Positions 19,219 to 29,726 of a DNA stretch of 62,900 nt are shown piece by piece (position 1 is the first letter of the stretch; each line of letters opens with the position of its first letter). Below the pieces are notes generated by a model. The model had not been told where the DNA came from. It saw nothing but the letters and a program-made list of their open reading frames with translations, and searched no databases. The position numbers and the translations under genes were made by a program. This stretch comes from an uncultured Lachnospiraceae bacterium (GTDB lineage: Bacteria; Bacillota; Clostridia; Lachnospirales; Lachnospiraceae), in NCBI GenBank assembly GCA_947063675.1, contig CAMSTM010000001.1, positions 1 to 62,900 on the forward strand, in the 5' to 3' direction.

Positions 19219-20448
19219 TTAAGCCTGTCTGCGCCGGTACTCCCGAAAGATTACCGGCGGAAGCAGAGCCGCCAGCACCCCGTAGAGAGCAAACAGAACC
19301 GGTATAGCTCCCGTTACCTTTCCGCCAATCGTAAACAAATCAAAATACTTCATAGCCCTTGCCACTCCCAGAAGTCTGTCGGGGAGAAGGGACAGAATTT
19401 TATTCAGTACAGGACTGCTGGTGATGTTTTCAAGAAACGACGGAAGGAAAATCAAAACAAAGGGAAGCATTACCGCCAGTACCGCGGATTTTGTCTTTGC
19501 CGATATCAACATACACAGGAAGGAAATAAAAAGGCATCCCACATATCCGCCGATGGCCACCATCAGATATTCCTGCAGATTGGTCACATTGTAAAAGCAT
19601 TTCCAGCCGGAATAATCCGCCTGAACCGGACAGTTCCATCCGTCTGCCCCCAGAAAAGCAAACGTGAACGCGCTGTAAACCAGAATCATCACCCAGTAAA
19701 CCCCTGTCGCAATCAGAAAACCCGCCCATACCTTGGCGCGTATCGCCTTATTTCTTCCGTATTCCGATGAAAAGAAAACCGAATCCGCTTTCCATGCATA
19801 TTCATTTGAAAAAATTCCTGCCACAAGATACCCTAAAACCATCATTCCAATCATAACAATCGTCGGCGCATACTCAAACCACTGTGTCCATCCTTTCATA
19901 TAATTATAATAAAAAGGTGTCTTCAGCTCCTCATAACGCCGAATCAGAAATTCCTTTTCCTCATCAGAAAACAGTTCCGCCGTTCCCTCCTCTGCAAGCC
20001 AGTCATTAAGAAGCTTTACCCTGTTTCCGTAAAAATTCCCCGCCTCTTCTTCTGACAGGGAATCCGCGCGATAATAATCGTACTCCCGGAACCCTGTCGC
20101 ATAAGCGCGATTTAACAGCTCGCGGATTCCCATGATTCCCTGCCCCCAGCCATAGGCAATATTCCTTTGCTGCACATTATCCGACTTTGCCTCCGGCGTA
20201 CTGCAAATCCGTATATTTTCCGCGATTACCTGACGGATTTTTTCTTCGTCCAAATCCCCGGCCCACTCCTCCTGCATCCTTCGCAGCTTCATCGCGGCTC
20301 CATAACCCCTTTCCGTATCCCCATTTTCATTGGTATAGGAAATTCCTGTGGCGAAATAGCAGGTAATCCCTGTCAGAAATAACAGAATCAAAAGCGCAAT
20401 TCTTCCGCCTGTCCTCGTAAAAACTTTTTTTATCTCATATTTAAGCAT
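19219..20448 (-). CDS. ABC transporter permease (ABC-2 type, large extracellular loop)
   Basis: MLKYEIKK start, IFSNEY..D motif and multiple TMs; follows the ATPase. Confidence 0.8.
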   Translation of the reverse strand: MLKYEIKKVFTRTGGRIALLILLFLTGITCYFATGISYTNENGDTERGYGAAMKLRRMQEEWAGDLDEEKIRQVIAENIRICSTPEAKSDNVQQRNIAYGWGQGIMGIRELLNRAYATGFREYDYYRADSLSEEEAGNFYGNRVKLLNDWLAEEGTAELFSDEEKEFLIRRYEELKTPFYYNYMKGWTQWFEYAPTIVMIGMMVLGYLVAGIFSNEYAWKADSVFFSSEYGRNKAIRAKVWAGFLIATGVYWVMILVYSAFTFAFLGADGWNCPVQADYSGWKCFYNVTNLQEYLMVAIGGYVGCLFISFLCMLISAKTKSAVLAVMLPFVLIFLPSFLENITSSPVLNKILSLLPDRLLGVARAMKYFDLFTIGGKVTGAIPVLFALYGVLAALLPPVIFREYRRRQA

Positions 20449-21322
20449 CTTCTCCACCTGCTTTCTCGCCAAAATAATGTAAAAAAACATCCTCCAGAGT
20501 CGCCTCGTCCAAAACCGCGTTTTCAGAGGGCTTCTCCGCTGCCAGAACCCGGAGGGACACGCCGCCCGGCACGATTTTTACGTTGGACACCTTATACTTT
20601 TTCATATAAGAATCCACATCCTTCCTTGCCGTCTCCAAGGTCCATACCTTCTCCGTTATAGACTCTGTAAGCTCCGTCACCGTGCCCGAGGTGACAAGCC
20701 CTCCGTCCTTCATCAGAAGTATGTCGTTTGCAACATACTCGATATCCGACACAATATGGGTGGACAAAAGCACCAGCCGCTCCTGCGCCAGCTCGCTGAT
20801 GAGATTACGGAAACGAATCCGCTCGCTGGGGTCAAGTCCCGCCGTGGGCTCATCCAGAATCAGAATCTCGGGATTGTTCAGCATGGCCTGTGCAATCCCC
20901 GCCCGCCGCTTCGTCCCTCCCGAGAGCTTCTTCATCTTCTTATTCTTCACCTTTTCAAGCCCCATCTGCTTTATCAGCTCTCCCGCCCGCTCTCTGGCCG
21001 TCAGGGGGCGCAGCCCTTTAATGGACGCAATATACAGAAGATAATCGTAAACCGTAAAGTCCGGGTAAAACCCGAAATCCTGGGGCAGATACCCCAGAAT
21101 TTTCCGGTACTCCCCGTCCATCCCGAAAATATCCTCCCCGTCCCATGTAAGCGTCCCCTCCGTGGGCTTTATCAGGGTGCATATCATCCTCATCAAAGTG
21201 GTTTTCCCTGCGCCGTTGACCCCCAGAAGGCCGTAAACTCCTGTTCCAAAGGTATAGGACAGACCGTCCACAGCCGCCATGTCCTGAAATCTTTTCGTCA
21301 CATCTGAAATTTCTAATTTCAT
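20441..21322 (-). CDS. ABC transporter ATP-binding protein
   Basis: GVNGAGKT, LSGG and DEPTAGLD. Confidence 0.95.
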   Translation of the reverse strand: MKLEISDVTKRFQDMAAVDGLSYTFGTGVYGLLGVNGAGKTTLMRMICTLIKPTEGTLTWDGEDIFGMDGEYRKILGYLPQDFGFYPDFTVYDYLLYIASIKGLRPLTARERAGELIKQMGLEKVKNKKMKKLSGGTKRRAGIAQAMLNNPEILILDEPTAGLDPSERIRFRNLISELAQERLVLLSTHIVSDIEYVANDILLMKDGGLVTSGTVTELTESITEKVWTLETARKDVDSYMKKYKVSNVKIVPGGVSLRVLAAEKPSENAVLDEATLEDVFLHYFGEKAGGEDA

Positions 21323-21393
21323 ATTGTCTCTCCTTTTTACATACGTTCAGCCCACTCCCTGCGGGAATCCGTTTCCGGCTGTATCCGGTCGCT

Positions 21394-22155
21394 TTATCCC
21401 CACATTACCCCGCATTTTCTCTGCCCCCTGTAAATACAATAGCCCAGATAAAAAGCGGTTACCGCCAGCATCACTATCCAGACTCCGCCGGAAACTGCTC
21501 CGTAAATCCTTTCATTCAGCACAAGCTCCGTCCAGATAACCGTCCATGCCATGCACATAAGCATTGAAACGGCCTCAGAACCGAACCGCCGGCTGTACAG
21601 GGTGCGGAAACAGATACAGCAGGTCACCATATAGGGAAGAAAAAACTGTACCGCCACTTCCAGGAAAACCGCCTTTCCATTCAGAACAACCGTCAGCATA
21701 AAAACGCTCAGCATTGCCATATTCGCCAGGGCGCAGAGTAAAATCCTTGCGGAATATATCTGCCGCAGAGAATACCTGGCAGCGCACTCTATCTCCATTG
21801 CATTACTGCTCCGGTTTTTCCACAGCTCCGGCAAAAGCAGGATTGCAAACAGCGAAGCTCCGATTCCCATGCACCTCTGACAATAATACCCGCTGCCCAG
21901 AACCTTCAAAATATTCCAAAGCACAAGCAGCACCGCCCCCTGCAGCAGCCACAGATACTTATGAATATATCTCCCCTGCTGATAGAGAAATTCCAATTTC
22001 GAGAGAGTCCTTTCCGCTTCACTCTCATAAAGCGCATTCATTGAACGGCGTATTGTCTCCTTCACATGCCTTTCTCTCTGAAAGCCCTCCGCCTGCGTTA
22101 CCGCACCGGCTTCTCTTTCCAGACACTGCCTAATCTGTTTATCCGAAAGCTTCAT
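21394..22155 (-). CDS. Membrane protein (permease subunit or anti-sigma candidate)
   Basis: Soluble N-terminus plus about 6 TMs; lies between the ECF sigma and the ABC ATPase; GGAGG RBS. Confidence 0.65.
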   Translation of the reverse strand: MKLSDKQIRQCLEREAGAVTQAEGFQRERHVKETIRRSMNALYESEAERTLSKLEFLYQQGRYIHKYLWLLQGAVLLVLWNILKVLGSGYYCQRCMGIGASLFAILLLPELWKNRSSNAMEIECAARYSLRQIYSARILLCALANMAMLSVFMLTVVLNGKAVFLEVAVQFFLPYMVTCCICFRTLYSRRFGSEAVSMLMCMAWTVIWTELVLNERIYGAVSGGVWIVMLAVTAFYLGYCIYRGQRKCGVMWG

Positions 22156-22264
22156 AATTCCTCCCTTCAAAAGCTCTCCGCTTCACCCGCTGAGAATTTC
22201 ATAAATCCTTCCGCTTTCCGACCAGCCTGCCCTCTGCTTTTACCCGGCTCGCTGCCCGAAAAAT

Positions 22265-22789
22265 TCAATCGTCTCCGAAATAATTCCGAAGCAATTCCCT
22301 CGCCCTCCTTATCCGGTACTTTACAAGGGGCAGCCCAATCCCCAGTATCTCCGCAATCTCCTTCTGCTTTCTCTCCTGCGCGAAAAATAAAATGGCCGTT
22401 TCTCTGATTTCCTCCGGCAGACCTGCAAAAGCCAGTTTTATTTCCAGATACTTTTCAGGATTCTCCCCTGCTCCGGTTTCCGCGCCTGAATCCGGCTCCT
22501 CTGACAGCTCCTCCAGAGCAATCTCCCTGTTTTTTCTGTAAAAATCCTTACAAAGGTTGCCCGCAATCACATACAGATAATTTGCTGCCCTGCCGTAATG
22601 ACGGTACTGACTGAAATTTCGGAAAAACCGCTCAAAGGTCTCCTGAGCCGCGTCCTCCGCATACCCGTAATCCCCGATGCGTAGCCGGCAGTACCGCAGT
22701 ATCTGACCATAATATTTTGTTACAAAGGCTTCCACCGCCTTTTCATCCCCCATACGCATCTTTTGCGTAAGAAGAAAATCCATGTCCAT
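22265..22789 (-). CDS. ECF RNA polymerase sigma factor
   Basis: AEDAAQETF, YLYVIAGN and region 4 KEIAEILGI..VKYRI. Confidence 0.9.
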   Translation of the reverse strand: MDMDFLLTQKMRMGDEKAVEAFVTKYYGQILRYCRLRIGDYGYAEDAAQETFERFFRNFSQYRHYGRAANYLYVIAGNLCKDFYRKNREIALEELSEEPDSGAETGAGENPEKYLEIKLAFAGLPEEIRETAILFFAQERKQKEIAEILGIGLPLVKYRIRRARELLRNYFGDD

Positions 22790-22955
22790 GTTTTTGCTTC
22801 CCTGTTTTCTAAAAGTACTTTCTATATACTATAACGGTGCAGACAGGCAAAAAGATAGCCGCATGAATAAAATATCATGCGGCCGCCATATTAAAGTCAC
22901 TTCCAATACTCTGTTTATCTTTCCATTCTGCACAAGTCAAACTTTTCCGCTATTT

Positions 22956-24137
22956 TTATATATCCTTCGGCTTCCTCAACCAAAAAATCCCCGCCACCAG
23001 CAGAACCGGAAAGATAATCGCCGCCAGAATCCCCTTTTTCAAATCATCCGACGCCATACTTGAGACATACCCCACCAGCGTGGGCCCGCCCGAGCACCCC
23101 AAATCCCCTGCAAGGGCAAGAAGCGCAAACAAAGCGGTTCCGCCGTTTCTGAGAGTTGCCGACGCCTTGCTGAAGCTCCCCGGCCACATAATCCCCACCG
23201 ACAGTCCGCAGACGGCGCAGCCTATAAGGGACATCACCGGCGACGGAGCCAGGGAGATGCACAGGTACGACAGGACGCACAAAAGGCCGCTTCCCACCAT
23301 GAATTTATCCAGCGATATCCTGTCTCCGAATTTTCCGTAAAAGGCGCGCGCGCTTCCCATCAGAATGGCGAATGCCATGGGTCCCGCAAGGTCGCCGACG
23401 GTTTTGCTTACCCCAAGCCCCCGCTCTGCAAAGGTAGACGCCCACTGGCTGACGGCCTGCTCGCTTGCCCCCGCGCACGTCATCATGAGCATCAAAATCC
23501 AGAATACTCTGGTTTTGCACAAATCCAGCATGGACATCCCCTTTTTGCCCTCTTCCACAAGAGGCGCAATCGGCGTCCCTGCAAAAACAAAGGTGTTGAC
23601 AGCGGGCACTATCAGCCAGATACAGGTCAGTATCTTCCAGTTTTCAATTCCAAACAGCTTAAAGAACAGTGTGGAAAAAAGCACGACGCCCACATGTCCC
23701 CAGCAGTAAAAGGAATGAAGCAGGCTCATGGCCTTTTCCTTATTATCCGTAGGGCAGCTCTCCACTATGGGGCTTACCAGCACCTCCAAAAGCCCGCCCC
23801 CCAGCGCATAGACGGTAACCGAAATCAAAAGTCCCGCATAAGCGTCCGGCAGAATCTCCGGCAGTACCGCAAGCCCTAAAAGCCCCGCCGCCGCAAAAAT
23901 ATGGGCAATCATAATGGACGCCCTGTAGCCGATTTTGTCCACAAAGCCCGTTGACAGCAAGTCCACCAGAAGCTGAATTCCGAAATTAAAGGTAATCAGT
24001 ATGGTAATCTTGCTTAACGGAATATGGTAAGTACTCTCAAAAGTCAAAAAAAGCAAAGGTACAAAATTGTTGATGATGGCCTGCACGATGTACCCTGTAA
24101 AGCAGGCGTAAATGGTTCTTTGATATCTGGCGTTCAT
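22956..24137 (-). CDS. MFS transporter (fucose-permease-like)
   Basis: About 12 TMs and MFS motif A-like DKIGYR; divergent from an AraC regulator. Confidence 0.85.
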   Translation of the reverse strand: MNARYQRTIYACFTGYIVQAIINNFVPLLFLTFESTYHIPLSKITILITFNFGIQLLVDLLSTGFVDKIGYRASIMIAHIFAAAGLLGLAVLPEILPDAYAGLLISVTVYALGGGLLEVLVSPIVESCPTDNKEKAMSLLHSFYCWGHVGVVLFSTLFFKLFGIENWKILTCIWLIVPAVNTFVFAGTPIAPLVEEGKKGMSMLDLCKTRVFWILMLMMTCAGASEQAVSQWASTFAERGLGVSKTVGDLAGPMAFAILMGSARAFYGKFGDRISLDKFMVGSGLLCVLSYLCISLAPSPVMSLIGCAVCGLSVGIMWPGSFSKASATLRNGGTALFALLALAGDLGCSGGPTLVGYVSSMASDDLKKGILAAIIFPVLLVAGIFWLRKPKDI

Positions 24138-24189
24138 GGTTGATGCTCCTTTGTGTTATCTATTTTTCAATTCGGCGTATTCCCTCATC

Positions 24190-24284
24190 TATGAGTTCCC
24201 CCTGACAAAATGCAAGCTGTCATAATCGACTGCCGGCAGTCGTTCCATCACCTTGCATTTTATACTGCTCATCGCCAACTCATA
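24190..24284 (-). other. Nested stem-loop in the putative 5' leader of the MFS gene
   Basis: TATGAGTT/AACTCATA, AAAATGCAAG/CTTGCATTTT and CGACTGCCGGCAGTCG, just downstream of an extended -10 (TGATATAAT, minus strand, about 24286-24294). Confidence 0.55.
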
Positions 24285-24373
24285 CATTATATCATCATTC
24301 TTTTCCTGTTCAATTGGATTTTTTCACATATTTATGGTACAATATCACCAGACAGGATGTGAGGTTAGAAAGG

Positions 24374-25249
24374 ATGCAGAAAATACTTACAACGGATGAT
24401 TTGAGAGAGACAAAGCAGCACGGACAACCGGATTTTCAGATACAGTATTATCTGGATGATACCAGAGAATTTTTTAACAGTCAGGTGGACTGGCACTGGC
24501 ATAATGAATTTGAAATCGTACTGGTTTCCGACGGAAGTGTGGATTTCCATATCGGGCAGCATACATTTACGCTAAACGCGGGAGAAGCTATTTTTATCAA
24601 CAGCCGGGTACTCCATCAGTTTACCACCAGAACATACGGAGTGATGCCTAATATTGTATTTTCACCTGAATTTATTGCTCCGACTCAGACGGGTATTTAT
24701 CAGAAATATATTGCTCCTGTAGAAAAATCCGCATTAGAATATTTGGTTTTAAGAAAGGATTGTGTATGGCAGGCTCAGATTCTTGGTGCAGTCACGGCAT
24801 TGTTCCGGCTGATGTCCGAAGAAGGATATAACGAACTGCAGGTCAGGAACCTTCTGTCAGAGGCATGGCTTATTCTGGAGGAACAGACGCGTCCCCTCCT
24901 TACGGAAAACGAACGCAAGGCTGACATCAACTTTTCCCACAACAGCGTAATGGTCATGATGCAGTATATTCAGGCCCATTACAGGGAACCTGTCAGCCTT
25001 GACGATATCGCTTCCACTGTCAGTATCAGCAAAAATACGGCTATCCGCTATTTTAACGCAACTATCGGGATGTCTCCTGTCGATTATCTAATCAGCTTCA
25101 GGATAAATCTTGCCTGCAGGCTTCTTAAGGAAACTTCCGATAAAATCGCCCGTATCGCCGCCAGCGTGGGGTACGAAAATACCGGTTATTTCTGCAGACT
25201 GTTTAAAAAACAGACAGGCCGCTCTCCCGGAGAATTCCGCCGGTTATAA
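24374..25249 (+). CDS. AraC family regulator with cupin domain
   Basis: WHWHNEFE cupin motif; C-terminal AraC HTH. Confidence 0.9.
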   Translation: MQKILTTDDLRETKQHGQPDFQIQYYLDDTREFFNSQVDWHWHNEFEIVLVSDGSVDFHIGQHTFTLNAGEAIFINSRVLHQFTTRTYGVMPNIVFSPEFIAPTQTGIYQKYIAPVEKSALEYLVLRKDCVWQAQILGAVTALFRLMSEEGYNELQVRNLLSEAWLILEEQTRPLLTENERKADINFSHNSVMVMMQYIQAHYREPVSLDDIASTVSISKNTAIRYFNATIGMSPVDYLISFRINLACRLLKETSDKIARIAASVGYENTGYFCRLFKKQTGRSPGEFRRL

Positions 25250-27679
25250 AGCCCCGATGGTTTCCACCACCGACATCTCCCGGATGCTTTTCGCCGGCCC
25301 CGCTACCGCAAGAATCACCGAGCCGATAACCACCGCCGCCATCAATAGCAGCGCCGCCACTGGCACAGGCCAGGCAGCCCCCCATCTGGAAGTAATAAGC
25401 ATCTCATAGCACATTTTGTTGATTGGTATGCCAATGACGGCCCCCGCCGCAATTCCCGTCAGGGCATAAGTCCCCGCTTCCGCCGCCACCATACGGATGA
25501 CCTGCTTATCGCTCATACCGATGGCACGCATGGTTCCGAACTGCGTCAGCCTTGCGGAAACGCTCATGCTGATACTATTGATGATATTAAATATGGTTAT
25601 CAGCACAATCACCGCCAGAAATCCATAGACAAACAGTACAAAGGAATAGTATGCCCCTCTGACCTCCTGATTGCCCTTCCGGCTGTCGGAGAACGTCCGC
25701 CCGTCCGCCAGATTCCTGATTTTCTCCACATCCTCCTCCGACGCATTCCTCACAAGCTGAATATCCAGTATGGTATAATTTTCCTCCCCGGTAATCTCCC
25801 GGAAAGCGTCTTGACTGCACACAATGATGCCATGCTCGCTGTAAAAAGGCGTCTCCGATAAAATCCCGGCAACCGGATAATCCTTTTGCCCGCTTATTGT
25901 GGGAATCGTGACGGTTTTCCATACATCTGCCCCTTCCGCCGCTTCCGAACCGGCTCCTTTGTCCGTACTGCGTCCCGCATTTTTCGCGACATCATCCGCG
26001 CCTCCACCCGCCGCTTTGTACAAAGCCTCCCGGGCCTTATAGTCCAGCAGCACGCCGCCTCCTTCTTCCGCGTCCTTCACATTTCCCTCTATCAGCGAAT
26101 CCTCCGCCCATGCAAACTGATTTTCCTCATAGGAAATGAGGTGCATTGGAATCGTCTCTTCCGCAGCTTCCCCGCCCCCTGTTACCGGAACGGAATAGGC
26201 AAAGCTTCTTCCGTACATCCGCTTAACCGCCGGGTTGCCCTTAAGCTCCTCCATAATTTCTTTCGGAATCGAACAGGTTTCGTCCCGGCTGACAATGGAA
26301 AGGTCCGGCTGCCAGGGGTGTAAGGGGTTAATCGCATAGTTCATAAAGTCAATCGTTGTGGTAAAGGCAAGGAATAAAATCACGCTGAAAGCAAAGGAGC
26401 CTGCCATCAGAAACAGAGTCCTCCCGCTCCCTCCCGCATGATGGACGCCCAGCGAAATATCCACCCGAAGCCGGTTTCCCGCCGCGCGCTTTACCTTCCG
26501 CACAAAGCCCGCATTTCCCGAAACGGCTGTCAGCGGGGACACCTTTGCCGCCCTCCTTGCCGGCACATTTGCCGCCAGAAGCACCGTAACCACGCCGATA
26601 ACCGTTCCCGCCGCCAGTCCCGTCAGACTGATTCCCAGGCGCATCTCCGCAAAATAGCGGGGGCTTAAGACTCTTAAAAGCCAGCTTAAAGCCATTGTAA
26701 CGATTACCGACAATAAAAGTCCGGCCGGAATTGCCGTCCTGCACCAGTTCAGCGCCTCCCGCCGCACGAAGCGCCTTACCTGAGCGCAGGTTGCCCCAAG
26801 GCACCTTAGCATTCCGAAAAATTCCGTCCTTTTGGCAACCTGGCTGTTCATGCTGCCTGTAATCATCAAAATGCCCGCCACCATCACCAGCACCGCCAGC
26901 ATTGCCGCCGTCAGGTAAATTTTTACGATATAAGAATCGTTGCTCTGCAGCATCATCCCGAGAATTTTTACATTCTGTCCCACCTTATCCGCCGGAATCC
27001 CCATCTCGGAGCTGATTTTTTTAATGCTTTTCTGGATATTGCATAAAGGCTTAAATTCCACAAAGCATTCCAAATCTTTCTGCTCTGTGTCGCCCATAAA
27101 AGACTGCTCATAGCTTTCACTGTTGAGGAAAAGACCGATGGCGTCATACTCGGCCATCATGGAGGTGGTCTCCGAAATACCCGTAACTCTGTAGCGCAGC
27201 TCCCCTCCTTTCGGCGTTTCCAGCGTGAGATAATCTCCCACCGAAATTTCCGTCTGTTTTTGCAGATTGTCCGTCACCACAGCCTCGTCCGCTTCCGTGG
27301 GAAAATGTCCCTCCACAATCCTCGCAAGAGGAAACAGCTCCAGAAAATCCTCGTCAAATCCGCAGACAGCTGCCTTTTTTCCTTCAATTGTATAGTCCTT
27401 ATCCAGTTTATAATTTGTCACCGCATAGCGGGAGGAACGCTTCACCTCGGGGTACGCCCCAATCATTGCCGACTGCTCCTTTGTCACTCCCCGGAAAGCC
27501 GCATGCCATGCGCCGTCGTCCTTAAGCGCCATCGCCCGCTGGTTGCGGATTTCCATGTCCCCCATTCCGAAGATGGCCGCTATCAGAAAGACCGCAAGGG
27601 TAATGCACAGCCTGGTCATCCGGCTCTGCTTTCTGTGAATTTTTTCCGAAACGGGGATTAAATCAAGATATCCTTTCAT
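25244..27679 (-). CDS. FtsX/MacB-like ABC permease
   Basis: Two FtsX repeats (EFFGMLRCLGA, QFGTMRAIGM) with large extracellular domains. Confidence 0.85.
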   Translation of the reverse strand: MKGYLDLIPVSEKIHRKQSRMTRLCITLAVFLIAAIFGMGDMEIRNQRAMALKDDGAWHAAFRGVTKEQSAMIGAYPEVKRSSRYAVTNYKLDKDYTIEGKKAAVCGFDEDFLELFPLARIVEGHFPTEADEAVVTDNLQKQTEISVGDYLTLETPKGGELRYRVTGISETTSMMAEYDAIGLFLNSESYEQSFMGDTEQKDLECFVEFKPLCNIQKSIKKISSEMGIPADKVGQNVKILGMMLQSNDSYIVKIYLTAAMLAVLVMVAGILMITGSMNSQVAKRTEFFGMLRCLGATCAQVRRFVRREALNWCRTAIPAGLLLSVIVTMALSWLLRVLSPRYFAEMRLGISLTGLAAGTVIGVVTVLLAANVPARRAAKVSPLTAVSGNAGFVRKVKRAAGNRLRVDISLGVHHAGGSGRTLFLMAGSFAFSVILFLAFTTTIDFMNYAINPLHPWQPDLSIVSRDETCSIPKEIMEELKGNPAVKRMYGRSFAYSVPVTGGGEAAEETIPMHLISYEENQFAWAEDSLIEGNVKDAEEGGGVLLDYKAREALYKAAGGGADDVAKNAGRSTDKGAGSEAAEGADVWKTVTIPTISGQKDYPVAGILSETPFYSEHGIIVCSQDAFREITGEENYTILDIQLVRNASEEDVEKIRNLADGRTFSDSRKGNQEVRGAYYSFVLFVYGFLAVIVLITIFNIINSISMSVSARLTQFGTMRAIGMSDKQVIRMVAAEAGTYALTGIAAGAVIGIPINKMCYEMLITSRWGAAWPVPVAALLLMAAVVIGSVILAVAGPAKSIREMSVVETIGAL

Positions 27680-27681
27680 GC

Positions 27682-28362
27682 CTATCTTCCCTCCCCTAAC
27701 TCGCTCAGAACCCCGTCCGCCACACGGAATACCCTGTCCGCGCTGGACGCCAGATTCTGATTATGAGTAATCATCAGAATTGTCTGCTGATACCGTTTCG
27801 ACGCCTGATGCAAAAGGCTGATGACGTCCCGGCTGTTTCCCGAATCCAGATTGCCCGTGGGCTCGTCCGCCAGAATCATCATGGGCTTTGTAATCAGCGC
27901 CCGTCCAATCGCCACCCGCTGCTGCTGGCCGCCGGAAAGCTGCCCCGGCAGATGCTTTCTCCTCTCCTTAAGCCCTAACACCTCCAGGATTTCCTCAAGC
28001 TGCTCCGGCTGCGCCTTCCTGTTATCGAGCAGCAGCGGAAGTATGATATTCTGTTCCACGTTAAGCTCGGGCACCAGCTGAAAGGACTGGAAAATAAAAC
28101 CGATATTTCTCCTCCGAAATATTGTCCTTTCATTTTCCCTCATGGAAAAAAGCGTCCTCCCGTCCAGATATACGCTTCCACTGTCCGGCTCGTCGAGCGC
28201 CCCGATGCAGTTAAGCAGCGTGCTCTTTCCCGAGCCCGACTCGCCCACCACCGCGGCAAATTCTCCTTTCTGCATGGAAAAAGACACATTTTTCAGCGCT
28301 TTTACCTGCGTTTCTCCTTTCCCGTAGGTTTTACAGAGATTTTCAACCTTTAATATTTCCAT
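27682..28362 (-). CDS. ABC ATP-binding protein (LolD/MacB-like)
   Basis: [19 protein letters not shown] and ADEPTGNLD. Confidence 0.95.
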   Translation of the reverse strand: MEILKVENLCKTYGKGETQVKALKNVSFSMQKGEFAAVVGESGSGKSTLLNCIGALDEPDSGSVYLDGRTLFSMRENERTIFRRRNIGFIFQSFQLVPELNVEQNIILPLLLDNRKAQPEQLEEILEVLGLKERRKHLPGQLSGGQQQRVAIGRALITKPMMILADEPTGNLDSGNSRDVISLLHQASKRYQQTILMITHNQNLASSADRVFRVADGVLSELGEGR

Positions 28363-28403
28363 AACTATTCACCTTCCTTCGGAAAGTATCATAACAAAAG
28401 GCT

Positions 28404-28441
28404 CTTACAGCCGGGTGAATTTCAGCTTACAGATTTGTAAG
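28404..28441 (-). promoter_or_regulatory. BceR-like response regulator binding site(s)
   Basis: Perfect CTTACA-N4-TGTAAG at 28426-28441, a second CTTACA 22 bp away, and -10 TATGAT at 28388-28393 (minus strand). Confidence 0.65.
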
Positions 28442-29656
28442 AAAGGAAATGGTAAATTCGCTCCCTTCTCCCTGCACACTTTCCACAGACAGCGCCGCGC
28501 CCTGTCCCTCCAGAATTGCCTTTGCAAGGGGAAGTCCCAGTCCCACTCCCTTTACGTCTCTGGAATTTTTACTCCGGTAAAACCGTTTGAAAATAAAAGG
28601 AATATCCTCCGGTGCGATTCCGCTGCCGTTATCCGCTACCGAGAGCCACAGCATCACCGGCGTCCTCTCCCACTTAACGCGGATGCTTCCGCCCCTTTCG
28701 GTATGGTCAAGGGCATTTTTTATCAGATTGCTCACCGCCTCCCCTGTCCATTCCAAATCGCAGGCAATCCGTTCCCTGCCGTCGCCTTCTGTCACGATGG
28801 TTTTTCCCTCCGCCTGCGCCCGCGTCCGCAAATCGCCCAGGGCACGCTCCGCCAGCTCCTCCACAAAAACCTCTGTCTTTTCGAAGGTGATGCTTCCCGC
28901 ATCGACCCTCATAATCTTAAGGAGGGATTGAATTAACGCGCTCATTCTCTCTAAGGACTGCAGGGATTTTGCGGAAAACTCCCGCACGGTTTCCTCCCGC
29001 CCCGGCTCCTCCTCCATAATCTCCGCGTACATGGTCAGGGCGGCAACAGGCGTTTTCAACTGATGGGAAATGTCCGAAACAGTATCCTTCAAAAACTCCC
29101 TCGCCTTCCGCTCTGACTGCGCCTTTGCCTGCAATGCCGTAGCAAGCTGGTCAACGGCGCCGAAAAGCCGATAAAGCATTCCCGTTTCATTTTGCCAGAG
29201 ACGCTCCGTAAAATTCCCCTCCGCAAACTGCGAGACAACAAGCTGCGCCCGCTGATACAGCCGCTCTCTCTCTTTCAGAAAATAAACCGTTCCTCCCGTC
29301 AGCAGGCCGCAAAGCAGCGCCCCGGCGGCAAAAGCCCATAATAAAAAAACGACTGTCGTTTTCTGTACCTGCGGCAGCCACCAAAAATTCGTATCCTCTG
29401 TTCTTCCCGTTTTAGATAAAAAATCCCTTCCCGCCTCCGTTGCCTTCTCCTCTGAAATGACGCCGGCAACCACCTCCGGCGGAATCTCCCGCTCAAGCAT
29501 CGCCGAAACAAGGGCGCGCTCCCGCTCAAGCATGGCCCGCTTTGCCTCCCGTCCGTGCATCCAGCCCATAAAACCGCACAAAGCCAAAATCCCGGCGGCA
29601 AAAAATAATATGAATATAAAATACCTTCGCGACTGCCTTTCATCCATAAAGCTCAT
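28427..29656 (-). CDS. Sensor histidine kinase (OmpR partner)
   Basis: SDISHQLKTP, NLIKNA, DNGSGI and GVGLGL. Confidence 0.9.
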   Translation of the reverse strand: MSFMDERQSRRYFIFILFFAAGILALCGFMGWMHGREAKRAMLERERALVSAMLEREIPPEVVAGVISEEKATEAGRDFLSKTGRTEDTNFWWLPQVQKTTVVFLLWAFAAGALLCGLLTGGTVYFLKERERLYQRAQLVVSQFAEGNFTERLWQNETGMLYRLFGAVDQLATALQAKAQSERKAREFLKDTVSDISHQLKTPVAALTMYAEIMEEEPGREETVREFSAKSLQSLERMSALIQSLLKIMRVDAGSITFEKTEVFVEELAERALGDLRTRAQAEGKTIVTEGDGRERIACDLEWTGEAVSNLIKNALDHTERGGSIRVKWERTPVMLWLSVADNGSGIAPEDIPFIFKRFYRSKNSRDVKGVGLGLPLAKAILEGQGAALSVESVQGEGSEFTISFLTNL

Positions 29657-29726
29657 CTTTTTACCCCTGTTTTCATTCCGCAAAGCCCCCGGCACATCCC
29701 TTCCGCTGCCCGGACTCCTGCCCTTT

